A DNA stretch of 64,000 bases from Gammaproteobacteria bacterium. GTDB lineage: Bacteria; Pseudomonadota; Gammaproteobacteria; UBA4575. Made by a program: the position numbers and the translations under genes. The stretch's first letter is position 1; each line of letters begins with the position of its first letter. This document shows positions 20,646 through 30,597 of the stretch, piece after piece. Under the pieces are notes generated by a model that saw nothing but the letters and a program-made list of their open reading frames with translations, made no database searches and had not been told where the DNA came from. The DNA is taken from NCBI GenBank assembly GCA_965222615.1, contig CBDCUI010000008.1, forward strand, positions 32,001 to 96,000, in the 5' to 3' direction.

Positions 20646-22525
20646 TGCGTTACAAAACTATTGTCGAAGACGACATTGACATCCTGGTAGCAGGTGCCGG
20701 TATGGCGGGTACAGGTGCTGCCTTTGAAGCTAGATACTGGGGTCAGAACAAGAAAATCGTCATCGCCGAGAAGGCTAATATCGATCGCTCCGGTGCAGTT
20801 GCGCAGGGGCTTTATGCAATCAACACCTACATGGGAACTCGTTTCGGTGAAAACAATCCTGAAGATCACGTTCGTTACGCGCGTATCGATCTAATGGGTA
20901 TGGTTCGCGAAGACCTGGCGTTTGATATGGCACGTCACGTAGATTCAGCGGTTCACCAGTTTGAAGAATGGGGTCTACCACTGATGCGCGACCCTAAGAC
21001 GGGCGCCTATCAGCGTGAAGGGCGTTGGCAGATTATGATTCACGGTGAGTCTTACAAGCCTATTGTGGCTGGAGCCGCAAAGAAATCGGCAGACGAGGTA
21101 TTTAACCGTATCTGTGTTACTCATCTGCTGATGGATGAAGCAAAAGAAAACCGTGTTGCGGGTGCAGTTGGCTTCAACGTGCGTACCGGTAACTACCACG
21201 TATTCAAATCCAAAACCGTTATTGTTGCTGCTGGTGGCGCCTCGAACATCTATAAGCCACGCTCGGTTGGTGAAGGTTCGGGTCGTACTTGGTATGCGCC
21301 GTGGTCATCGGGCTCAGCCTATGGTTTGTTGATTGGTGCGGGTGCCAAAATGACACAGATGGAGAACAAAATTGTATTGGCGCGTTTCAAGGACGGTTAT
21401 GGTCCGGTGGGTGCCTACTTCCTCCACCTCAAGACTTACACTCAGAACGGTCTGGGTGAAGAGTATGAATCCAAGTGGTGGCCACAACTTCAGGAGATGG
21501 TGGGTAAGGAATACCTAGATCCGGAAGTTTCGCACTTAACTCATCGTCCCATTCCGACCTGTCTGCGTAACCATGCGTTCATCCAGGAAGTAAACGCGGG
21601 TCGTGGCCCGATTCACATGGTGACTATGGAAGCGTTCCAGGATCCACATCTTGAAGAAATTGGCTGGCACAACTTCCTGGGCATGACTGTTGGTCAGGCC
21701 GTACTGTGGGCGGCTACTGATGTAGATCCTAAGTACGAGAATCCAGAGCTAACAACATCAGAACCCTATGTAATGGGTTCGCATGCTACCGGTTGCGGTG
21801 CATGGTGTTCAGGTCCGGAAGATTTGTCACCACCAGAGTACTTCTGGGGCTACAACCGTATGACTACAGTCGAAGGTTTGTTCGGTGCAGGTGATGCCGT
21901 TGGCGGTACGCCACATGCATTCTCTTCCGGTTCCTTCACCGAAGGTCGTCTAGCAGCCAAAGATGCCTGTAAGTATATCGACGATGGCAAGGCAGAAGGT
22001 ATTAAGGTTTCTCAGCAGCAGATTGATAAGCGCCGTGAAGAAATCTACAAGCCACTTGAACACTATAAGGTTAACCGCAACGAGATCACAGCGGGTGATG
22101 TTAACCCTAATTACATCAACCCACGTCAGGGTCTTGATCGCTTGCAAAAGCTGATGGACGAGTACGGCGGTGGTGTAACCGTTAACTACATGACCAACGA
22201 AAAGTTGCTCAACATCGGTCTGAAGAAAATGAAGACTCTGGAAGAAGATCTTGAGAAGATTGCTGCAGAGAACATCCATGAACTACTGCGTGCATGGGAA
22301 CTGAAGCATCGTCAACTCGCCTCTGAGTCCGTCTTGCAACACACCCTTTTCCGTAAGGAAACTCGTTGGCCTGGTTACTACTATCGTGGCGACTTCATGA
22401 AAGTGGATGACGCTAACTGGCACGTACTGACCGTTTCTCGTCGTGATCCAGAAACCGGTGAGTACACCATGGAGAAGGCACCTTGTTATCATCTAGTGGG
22501 TGATGAAGAGGAAAAGGCCGCTTAA
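20645..22525 (+). CDS. aprA: Adenylylsulfate reductase alpha subunit
   Basis: RSGAVAQGL, WQIMIHGESYK, ARFKDGYGPVGA, ETRWPGYYYR. Confidence 0.97.
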   Translation: MRYKTIVEDDIDILVAGAGMAGTGAAFEARYWGQNKKIVIAEKANIDRSGAVAQGLYAINTYMGTRFGENNPEDHVRYARIDLMGMVREDLAFDMARHVDSAVHQFEEWGLPLMRDPKTGAYQREGRWQIMIHGESYKPIVAGAAKKSADEVFNRICVTHLLMDEAKENRVAGAVGFNVRTGNYHVFKSKTVIVAAGGASNIYKPRSVGEGSGRTWYAPWSSGSAYGLLIGAGAKMTQMENKIVLARFKDGYGPVGAYFLHLKTYTQNGLGEEYESKWWPQLQEMVGKEYLDPEVSHLTHRPIPTCLRNHAFIQEVNAGRGPIHMVTMEAFQDPHLEEIGWHNFLGMTVGQAVLWAATDVDPKYENPELTTSEPYVMGSHATGCGAWCSGPEDLSPPEYFWGYNRMTTVEGLFGAGDAVGGTPHAFSSGSFTEGRLAAKDACKYIDDGKAEGIKVSQQQIDKRREEIYKPLEHYKVNRNEITAGDVNPNYINPRQGLDRLQKLMDEYGGGVTVNYMTNEKLLNIGLKKMKTLEEDLEKIAAENIHELLRAWELKHRQLASESVLQHTLFRKETRWPGYYYRGDFMKVDDANWHVLTVSRRDPETGEYTMEKAPCYHLVGDEEEKAA

Positions 22526-22526
22526 T

Positions 22527-22671
22527 TAAAGGTACCCCTAAAATTGTCTTTTTTCGCGATAGCTGTGTCAGCTCCGTGCTCAAATCCTCATTTACTTCGT
22601 GTAAACTCCGATTTTGCGCGCGGTGCTTCCTTGCTCTCACAAAAAAATCCTAATTTTTTGAGGCACCTTTA
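22527..22671. repeat. Palindromic element, AAGGTACC/GGCACCTT-arm variant
   Basis: TA-bounded imperfect arms; core CCTCATTTAC-n-GTAAACTCCG. Confidence 0.8.
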
Positions 22672-22696
22672 AAAAGCTATAAGACTTTTGGTTACT

Positions 22697-22730
22697 AAAA
22701 AAAGATCAACAACTGTTGGTCTTTTTTTTT
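22697..22730 (+). terminator. Terminator of aprMBA
   Basis: AAAGATCAAC-AACT-GTTGGTCTTT plus T tract. Confidence 0.75.
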
Positions 22731-22776
22731 ATAAACTCACAAACTTTTTGTTGCGATAGATGCTATAGAGATTCAC

Positions 22777-23127
22777 ATGAACATTATTGAAAAGACGGAC
22801 AAAGAAATTTTGGAAATTGCGCACCCGATGTGGGACGACCTCATCAAATATTCCAACGAAGGTGAGTATGGCAAATTTATACGTAAGTTTTCCTATGATT
22901 TACTATTAGGTCTTAATGAAGTTGAAGTCGGTAAACAGTTTGCCAGGAGTGAGTTGACAAGAAACTTAGATACAGAATATGACTATCTCGGCCTTATTCG
23001 TCGCGGTGAGCATGTGACGGTTTTATATCGCGTAAAAAGCACCAAAAAGGAAGGCGAATGGCTTGGGCGTCTTGTGCTGGGCTATGAGAAAGGTGAGATA
23101 CGTATTTTTGCTGCATCAATTTTCTAG
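22777..23127 (+). CDS. Hypothetical protein
   Basis: 116 aa ORF with plausible start, downstream of aprA. Confidence 0.7.
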   Translation: MNIIEKTDKEILEIAHPMWDDLIKYSNEGEYGKFIRKFSYDLLLGLNEVEVGKQFARSELTRNLDTEYDYLGLIRRGEHVTVLYRVKSTKKEGEWLGRLVLGYEKGEIRIFAASIF

Positions 23128-23282
23128 CAAATCGTTGAAAAACTCTCAGCTGGCACGATACGGTGTTAAAAATGACTTCAAAATACGGGGCCGTGAAGCG
23201 GCAAATTGCATATAAACTCCGTTTTCTCGGTCATTTTTGCCTTGTCTCGCACTCACCTGAGATCTTTTTAACACCCAACTTA
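23125..23282. repeat. Palindromic element with GGGGC-hairpin core variant
   Basis: Begins at the upstream TAG stop; GTTAAAAATGAC...GTCATTTTTGCC arms; GCCG-TGAAG-CGGC hairpin then TAAACTCCG. Confidence 0.8.
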
Positions 23283-23339
23283 GCTTATTAACTGAATAAA
23301 ATTTGTTGTTACTAAAAAATACTGGCTGGGAATACAAAC

Positions 23340-23879
23340 ATGAGTAAAATTATCGAGAACGTAATCACTGAAGGTAAGTATGTCGAGTTGAGATACAAAG
23401 TTATTGATTCAAAAACCGAGTCTATTCTTACTGAAGTCGAATACCCGATTGGTTATATTCATGGTGTCACTGAAGCCCTCTCGCCACAAGTGACTGCAGA
23501 ATTGGAGGGCAAAGTTGTCGGAGATGTGATTGACGTACCCATCGATTGTAATAAGTTGTATGGCCCGAGAGATGAATCCTTAGTTTTTATTGATCATATT
23601 GATAATGTGCCTGAAGAGTATCGTGAAGTAGGTATGTCGATACTGATGGAAAATGAACAAGGTCAGACAAAGAGTTTCCTTGTGACAAGAGTCGATGAAA
23701 AGTCAGTCACCATTGATGGTAATAATCCACTCTGTGGCCGAGAAGTTATTTTCAAACTTGAGATTCTAACTGTACGCGATGCTACAGAAGAAGAAATTGA
23801 AGTGGGTGGTCCAGTAGATGCTGAGCCAGATATCAGTGACATTGTCGGATCTAACCAAAAAGTGCGTCCAATTCACTAA
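23340..23879 (+). CDS. FKBP-type peptidyl-prolyl isomerase, SlyD-like
   Basis: YIHG, LYGPRD, IDGNNPLCGR, VRDATEEEI. Confidence 0.88.
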   Translation: MSKIIENVITEGKYVELRYKVIDSKTESILTEVEYPIGYIHGVTEALSPQVTAELEGKVVGDVIDVPIDCNKLYGPRDESLVFIDHIDNVPEEYREVGMSILMENEQGQTKSFLVTRVDEKSVTIDGNNPLCGREVIFKLEILTVRDATEEEIEVGGPVDAEPDISDIVGSNQKVRPIH

Positions 23880-23894
23880 TTTTTCATAAGTTAT

Positions 23895-24175
23895 TAGAAC
23901 CTATTTCAAAATAGAAGATTTTTTCCAAGTTTATTTAACAAAGGGGTAGGCTCGAGCTTTTCGAGAGGCGCAGTGTACACGTTAGTACATGAGCATTTAC
24001 GAAAACCATCCCTGGTTTTCACCCTAACGGGCTATCCCAAGGATGTTCAAAATCGTTCCAGACGATTTTGTGAGAAAAGCGAGAATAAACCATCTCCTCC
24101 GGAGGTTGTGTTTGAATGTTTGCAAAAAGCTAAGACTAACCATAAACGGAAAAGATTCATTTTGGGATAGGTTCT
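23895..24175. repeat. Palindromic element, TAGAACC-arm subfamily, carrying a nested second repeat
   Basis: TAGAACCTATTTCAAAAT...ATTTTGGGATAGGTTCT; core GCGCAGTGTACACGTTAGTACATGAGCAT. Confidence 0.85.
23999..24071. repeat. Nested ~73-bp three-hairpin repeat
   Basis: GAAAACCA-TCCC-TGGTTTTC, CCC-TAAC-GGG, CAAAATCGT-TCCAG-ACGATTTTG; interrupts the host element's right arm. Confidence 0.7.
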
Positions 24176-24203
24176 TCTAATGCTGATCTGACGGAGAAAC
24201 ACT

Positions 24204-25313
24204 TTGCCTCAGAACCTGTATGCTGAAACTCTGTTAACCCCAGGTCTGGGGGTGCCGATGGCATGGCGGTATCAGAATGAAGCACAGTATCTGATTGATC
24301 TGCTTGATCGTGATTCGCCGGTCTGTGGTGCCCTTACTCAGGCAATTGATCGCTATGGTGATACTTTCTTTGAATTAGCGCCTAATAAAGAAACGCTGAC
24401 TGAGTGGGCTAATTCACAAAATACTCTTGTCGATACAGCAGATGTTAGAGAACTAAGACTGGGTGGAGCGCATGTTTTTCAACAAGCCATCGAACTATTC
24501 CAGGGTCTGCAAATGATGGTTGAAAAAGAAGACAACCCCGTTGAATGGTCGGCTATTCATCACAATATCGGTGATGTAATGGGCTTCATTGGACAACGTA
24601 GTGGGAGTACCCATTTTCTTGAGCAAGCTGCTATGTCTTATGAACAAGCACTAGAGGTGCGTACTTTTGAAGAAACCCCATTCGAGTGGGCAAGTACGCA
24701 ATATAACCTCGGTATCGTAATGCAAACACTTGGACAACTTGAAGATGATACTCATTTGTTAAAACAAGCCGAGCAAACCTATAAACAAGCTTCAACTGCA
24801 ATAAAGAGAAATGAACATCCAGATGATTGGGCAGCAATGTTGTGCAGTGTTGGGAATGTATTATGTTTACTGGGCACGCATCGCAGAGGGCCACGCACTT
24901 TGGAACAGGCAGTAGTTGTAATGCGCAATGCCATGGCTGAACGCACGCCAGATAAATCGGCGTATGGTTGGGCCATTGCACAAAATAATCTTGCTGCTAC
25001 TTTGCAGGCATTGGGCACACATGAAGAAGACATTCCATCTCTTGAGGAGTCGATCCCCATTTATGATGCAACGTTAAAGGCGTTACCAAAAGATGATGTG
25101 CCTATGATGTGGGCGATGGTTACCGCAAACCGTGCTTCAGCAATGCATGCTCTGGCAGAGGAGTCAGATTATGTCGATATGGCGTTAATGGCGGCATCCG
25201 AATTTGATAAGGTGACAAAATTGTTTGCCAGTGCAGAATTGACTCGTTATCTACAACTGGCTGAAGAACGAAGAGATCTATCTAAAGAGTTAGTGAAATT
25301 ACTCGAGGTGTAA
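24204..25313 (+). CDS. TPR-repeat protein
   Basis: ~47-aa repeats of the W-A-x-x-Q-x-N-L-G type; GGAGA SD before TTG start. Confidence 0.85.
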   Translation: MPQNLYAETLLTPGLGVPMAWRYQNEAQYLIDLLDRDSPVCGALTQAIDRYGDTFFELAPNKETLTEWANSQNTLVDTADVRELRLGGAHVFQQAIELFQGLQMMVEKEDNPVEWSAIHHNIGDVMGFIGQRSGSTHFLEQAAMSYEQALEVRTFEETPFEWASTQYNLGIVMQTLGQLEDDTHLLKQAEQTYKQASTAIKRNEHPDDWAAMLCSVGNVLCLLGTHRRGPRTLEQAVVVMRNAMAERTPDKSAYGWAIAQNNLAATLQALGTHEEDIPSLEESIPIYDATLKALPKDDVPMMWAMVTANRASAMHALAEESDYVDMALMAASEFDKVTKLFASAELTRYLQLAEERRDLSKELVKLLEV

Positions 25314-25492
25314 TGTGGATACTAATGTCGTTGATGGTTGTGCCATATATCAAAGCCAAATTGTGCAGCGTTACAGAAGATCAGCCGGGGCTGGACAAGC
25401 GCAGAGATGGCATTCTTTATACTTTGTGATCTGCCAGAAGCGCATGTGCAAGTAATGTAGTAAAGACAAAACCCCATAACTCAATACCAGAT

Positions 25493-26134
25493 ATGACGTA
25501 CAAGTTAATTCAAAAACATTTTTTGCACGGCACGCAAGAGTTCGAATTACTGGATGATAAAATCAAAGTCAGGATCAATAGCCTCCTGAAGGGGGAAAAA
25601 GAGTTTGATGTTGTTTTGGCAATGTTGAATCCTGAGCCAGTTACCAGTAAGTTGCGACTGGATTTTCATAGTCGTGTGAAGTGTAGACCACTGCTATCTT
25701 TGTATTTGAATAAACCGAATCCCGAAGAATTTAACGACTTTGTGACCACGCTAAAACAAAGAGCACAGGCGGAATACAATGCCGTTTCCGGAATAAGTGT
25801 CAGCGCTAAATCTACCACTACACTTAATGGAAATTCTTATGAAAAACCACCTGAGTTCGGCGATACTTCTCCCGCAAATATCAGCAAAGACAAGACAATC
25901 AATGTCAAAGAAGTCGAGAATGCAATTCGCATGCTGAAAATGTATGTAAACAATGAAGAGATTCATCCCCTAATCGAAGCTTTAGAGTCACTAAAACAAG
26001 CTCCGCAAGATCACTCAAAGTTGGTTGAGGTCGCTACTGTATTTAACGATCTAGGAACAAGCCAAGGTGCGGTTTTAACCTATGCACCCTATATCAGTAT
26101 CATGCTATCAGATGATCCATTTGGGTCAGAGTAA
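25493..26134 (+). CDS. Hypothetical protein
   Basis: 213 aa ORF; no recognised motif. Confidence 0.7.
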   Translation: MTYKLIQKHFLHGTQEFELLDDKIKVRINSLLKGEKEFDVVLAMLNPEPVTSKLRLDFHSRVKCRPLLSLYLNKPNPEEFNDFVTTLKQRAQAEYNAVSGISVSAKSTTTLNGNSYEKPPEFGDTSPANISKDKTINVKEVENAIRMLKMYVNNEEIHPLIEALESLKQAPQDHSKLVEVATVFNDLGTSQGAVLTYAPYISIMLSDDPFGSE

Positions 26135-26461
26135 ACCAAAAAAAGGTCCATGCTCTATATTCTTCGGAATAATCCCACTTTGTATAAAAACCCATTATGA
26201 AAAAGGGTGAACACAAGGATGTGTGAATGAGAGTTGCATCAGGGATGATGCCTTCTTTTAACTCATATTTACACGGCCACTAACGACATCTTCGTTACTG
26301 CACCTGCGTTACTCTATCTCTTGCATCTATGCATCTCGGCCCTGTGTTCACGCTATAGATACGTTTTTACTATACATAAAGAGATTGTGTCAGCCTAAAG
26401 TGTAATTTTGCTACAATTTTCCAATCGAACTATTTCTATTTTATAAAGCGAAAGGTGATTT

Positions 26462-26623
26462 ATGAGTGAGCAAAAAAATACCAGACCCAAGGTCCCTGAG
26501 GGCGAGGCTCGTTACTTCAAAACACGTCAGAAAGCGCCTAATGAAAAGGGCTTCGTTGGGTATGAAACTATCTGGGAATCGTTCCAGAAAGAGGCAGAAT
26601 ATACAACGCCAAAACGACCATGA
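26462..26623 (+). CDS. 53-aa hypothetical protein (frame differs from ORF-track call)
   Basis: MSEQKNTRPKVPEGEARYFK...GFVGYETIWESFQKEAEYTTPKRP*; AAGGTG SD; terminator downstream. Confidence 0.65.
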   Translation: MSEQKNTRPKVPEGEARYFKTRQKAPNEKGFVGYETIWESFQKEAEYTTPKRP

Positions 26624-26733
26624 GCTTTTACATGGCCATATCTCAATACGATAAAGAATCCGATAATTGGCAAATGGAGAAATAACCTGTTTACCACGTT
26701 ATCGATTAAACACTTATATCAAAATGCAATTAT

Positions 26734-26761
26734 AAAAGGCCCTTTCCAAGGGCTTTTTTTT
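26734..26761 (+). terminator. Rho-independent terminator
   Basis: GCCCTT-TCC-AAGGGC followed by T8. Confidence 0.75.
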
Positions 26762-26996
26762 GGAAAATTCACTATTTACTTTGACAACTTCATAGCAATT
26801 TATTTAGGTGCAGTGCTAGCGGAATAAGTGTTATATACCTACTCAAATTGCATTGTTTATCAATTTAATCTCTTTATTAATGTATGTCTGGTAACAGAGA
26901 TGGCTTGGCCTGTTATCTAATTAACGTTATAGTCCAATAAATCTAGTTTAGAATTCAATCACTTCGAGTGAATACCTGTTAAATAGCTAAGACGAT

Positions 26997-28853
26997 ATGC
27001 AGCAAGCTTTACCTAAGGAAAATGGTGGAATAGAAGACAGCCACCCATTAGCTGGTACCAAGATGTCTGGTGCCGATATTGTTATACAAGTACTTGCACA
27101 GGAAGGAACCGAAGTAATCTTTGGCTACAGTGGCGGAGCCATTCTCCCTACCTACGATGCCGTGTTTCGTTTCAACGCTGAAACTAATGACTCCATGCCC
27201 TTAATTGTGCCAGCTAATGAACAGGGTGCAGGTTTTATGGCCTCAGGTTATGCCCGCGCCAGCGGTAAAGTCGGAGTGGTAATGGTAACTTCTGGTCCGG
27301 GGGCTACCAATACAGTTACGCCGGTGCGTGATTGCATGGCTGATTCGATCCCGATTGTGGTGATTTGTGGTCAAGTCCCTACACCGGCGATAGGCAGTGA
27401 TGGTTTTCAAGAAGCACCCATTGCAAACATCATGGGTGCGGTTGCGAAACATATCTTTTTGGTGACGGATCCAGAAAAGCTCGAAGCGACCATGCGCACG
27501 GCTTTTGAAATTGCACGAACAGGTAGGCCGGGCCCGGTGGTGATTGATATACCTAAAGATGTACAAAACTGGGAAGGTGTTTTTCAGGGTGAGGGGCATT
27601 TGCCTATTCGAGGTTATCGAGAACGTATTGAAGAAGTAGCAGAGAATGTCTTAACCAATAAACAGTGTCACTCTTTTTATAAAGCATTTGAAAAATCTAA
27701 ACGTCCATTAATTTATGCAGGTGGAGGTGTAATTAATGGCAATGCATCACCAGAACTACGTGCATTTGCCGACGAATTTAAGATCCCTGTAGTTACAACA
27801 TTAATGGGTATTGGGACATATGACACTACTCAAGAGCGATCTTTACATATGCTCGGTATGCATGGCACAGCCTTTGCGAATTATGCAGTAGATGATTGCG
27901 ATTTTTTAATTGCAATTGGTGCACGCTTTGACGATCGTGTTGCAGCAGTACCAGCTAAATTTGCCCCTAAAGCGAAGTTTATTGCGCATTTTGATGTTGA
28001 TCCATCTGAAATTCATAAGGTAAAAACGGTGGATTGGCACCATATAGGCTTGTTACCGCAAGCATTAACTAAGTTATTGGAGTATGGAAAGAACGCACAA
28101 AAATGTTCTACAAATTTTTCATTTTGGCATGAGCACATTGCGGAGTTAAAAAGTACTTATGCAATGAATTACGACAAAGAAAGCGTAATGATTCAGCCCT
28201 ATGCAGTGATCGAAGAGATAAATAAATACACCAATGGTGAAGCGATTATTAGTACAGGTGTGGGTCAACACCAAATGTGGGCAGCGCAGTATTTTGATTT
28301 CAAATCACCACGACTTTGGTTAACTTCAGGAAGTATGGGCACTATGGGCTTTGGGTTACCTGCCGCGATCGGCGCGCAATTTGCAAAACCTGATTTAGTA
28401 GTTGTTGATATTGATGGTGATGCAAGTATGCGTATGAATCTTGGTGAATTGGAAACCGTAACAACGTATAAGTTGCCTGTTAAAGTGGTTGTCCTGAATA
28501 ACTTGGGCGATGGCATGGTTAAACAATGGCAGAAATTATTTTTCAAAGGCAGATTGTCGGCCAGTGATAAATCTTTGCACAAAAAAGATTTTGTAAGGGC
28601 TGCTGAGGCGGATGGCTATAACTATGCAGTTCGCCTTAGTGACAAAAATGAGCTACCCAAGGTTATTAAAGAATTCATGCAGTTTAAGGGCCCGGCGTTT
28701 TTAGAAGTCATGATTGATCCCGATGCGGGTGTCTATCCAATGGTAGGTCCAGGGATGAGCTATGATCAAATGATAACGGGAGATCATATTCCAACGCGCA
28801 ATGCTATGGAAGCAGATGCAGAGACTGATGTTGATTCATCGGAGATGTTTTGA
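26997..28853 (+). CDS. ilvB: Acetolactate synthase large subunit
   Basis: FGYSGGAILP, TSGPGATN, GVGQHQMW, GTMGFGLPAA, ThDP motif GDAS...NN. Confidence 0.92.
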   Translation: MQQALPKENGGIEDSHPLAGTKMSGADIVIQVLAQEGTEVIFGYSGGAILPTYDAVFRFNAETNDSMPLIVPANEQGAGFMASGYARASGKVGVVMVTSGPGATNTVTPVRDCMADSIPIVVICGQVPTPAIGSDGFQEAPIANIMGAVAKHIFLVTDPEKLEATMRTAFEIARTGRPGPVVIDIPKDVQNWEGVFQGEGHLPIRGYRERIEEVAENVLTNKQCHSFYKAFEKSKRPLIYAGGGVINGNASPELRAFADEFKIPVVTTLMGIGTYDTTQERSLHMLGMHGTAFANYAVDDCDFLIAIGARFDDRVAAVPAKFAPKAKFIAHFDVDPSEIHKVKTVDWHHIGLLPQALTKLLEYGKNAQKCSTNFSFWHEHIAELKSTYAMNYDKESVMIQPYAVIEEINKYTNGEAIISTGVGQHQMWAAQYFDFKSPRLWLTSGSMGTMGFGLPAAIGAQFAKPDLVVVDIDGDASMRMNLGELETVTTYKLPVKVVVLNNLGDGMVKQWQKLFFKGRLSASDKSLHKKDFVRAAEADGYNYAVRLSDKNELPKVIKEFMQFKGPAFLEVMIDPDAGVYPMVGPGMSYDQMITGDHIPTRNAMEADAETDVDSSEMF

Positions 28854-30440
28854 ATTTTTTATAGCAGCTTCTAGACTTTAAGATGTTGGGAATATATATA
28901 GGCTTATGAGAAAGTTGTAAGTCTAAATTTCCATTAGATGCACTGGTATAAGAGCGCTTTGGCGCATTGTTGGAAGTGGTTAATTCTTCAATTGCAAATT
29001 TAGTTGCACTCATAGGTAAAAACACCTTGATACCTTCAGAATAATTTTCGGGTAATACAACTTTATTTGCATTATACCAAGCAATCCAAAACACACTATT
29101 GTTTCTTGTGATTTTATAGATACGTGCCTGGTCATTATGATGAGGTATGCGTTCAACTTTATCGTAATTATTAAAGTGTGACATAAGCTGTTGTATAGAG
29201 TAATAAAGAGGGCGTTTTTCAGTAACCTTTCCATTAAAATTAATTTTTAATGCTCCTGCCCAAGCGGAAATCCCTGCACTTGCCTGCATAAATTTTGCAG
29301 TTAAAAATGGCAGATCTATTGTGAAAGACAAATTGATTAAGGCTATGCCTTGTTCTGCAGCAATAATGGTTTTTTGTACATGATCGGCTGCAACAAATTC
29401 ACGCGTCCAGGTAAGTGTTTTTTTATCTTTGTTAACTAATTTCGTAAAGTAATGTGCTAACTCACAACGGTCTTGTTCAGTAGCAGGTGGTATTACTACG
29501 CCTAAACCTCTGCCCTTGCATGTAGTAGCTGGTCCCCAGGCAATATAAGAAGTTGGAATCGTATCGCTGATAATTATGGGTTTTGTATACTTGCGTATAG
29601 CCGTTTCATAATGTAACCAAGTACTTTGATGCTCAATCTCATATGGATCGCCGAGGTTATGAATGTTTATTACATCTAACAGATCGGGTCGATCTAAAAT
29701 CACTCGCATATCTTCTAGGTCATGGTGCGTATCGTGACGAGGTGTAGTTTGCCAAACGTTTTCATAGTTTGTTGGCTGCTTGTGACATGCAAGTTTACTG
29801 GAGTTGTTAAAAACGCGGCGTGTGCAATCAATACATCCGAGTAAACCTGGTGCGCCGCTTTATATGCCAATGTCAGCATATGCAAATATTCAACTACTGG
29901 TTCTGGTTCATAGCTTGAAAATTCCGAACCAATTTCATAATAACGCACTGGCCAACGTAGCCCCGGCATGTCATGGTTGCCGTCACCGTCGTAACGCTCA
30001 ACTACATCGTGTATCCATTTGTGATATAGTTTTTTAAATTTCTTTTTTGGAGTTGGGTTTGTCGATTTAAAATTATTCCCGTCCTTATCTGCCCATTTGG
30101 AATGAGACTTAAGTGCTACTGTGAGTTCAGTAAAACCAACTTTTTGATACTCACGTACAAACAAATCTAATTTAGAAAAATTAATAGGTTTGTTTGGTCC
30201 TTTTTGCATCTCACCCCATGCGATGGCTTTTGCATAATGCTTCATACCCGGCATGCCTGTTGCGCCTAATGCACCAGCCATACCTTTTACATAGTTGGGT
30301 GAGTCTAGGCCTGCATATTCGAGTCCTACAATGATTCCTTTGCCAGCAAAACGTCCTGTCTCTTCTGCGGCGAGACTATTTGTATAGATAAAGAGAAAAA
30401 GTAACAACAAGCGAATTAGGGCATGGAGGTGATCGCGCAT
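28804..30440 (-). pseudogene. Exported glycoside-hydrolase-like (TIM-barrel) gene split by a frameshift near 29781-29784
   Basis: Signal peptide, VVERYDGDG, YYEIGSE in first ORF; second ORF's frame is open upstream (KQPTNYENVWQ...EDMRVILDRP); KPIIISD. Confidence 0.7.
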
Positions 30441-30597
30441 AGAGACTATTTTACTCAGTAAAACGATTATTTACGACACTAAAATTATGGTTTTGAAATA
30501 TATTTTGATAACGATATTTAACAATATTTTTTTAAATTTTGAATAACTTTGTTTTTTAAGGGGTCTATAATTACTCGTGATAAATTAAAAAATTGCT

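Noticed and set aside
19279-22525. Higher GC of aprMBA as a horizontal-transfer island
   Set aside because: Codon choices (GGT, CGT, AAC, TTC, ATC) fit high-expression bias
23186-23210. c-di-GMP-I riboswitch (GCAAA and GAA-loop hairpin)
   Set aside because: The two-stem GEMM arrangement is absent and the motif is embedded in dispersed repeats
22413-24170. ORFs 22413-22640, 23146-23337 and 23973-24170
   Set aside because: They lie largely within palindromic repeats and lack convincing RBSs
26466-26654. 62-aa GTG ORF
   Set aside because: The overlapping ATG frame at 26462 has the better-placed SD and more natural composition
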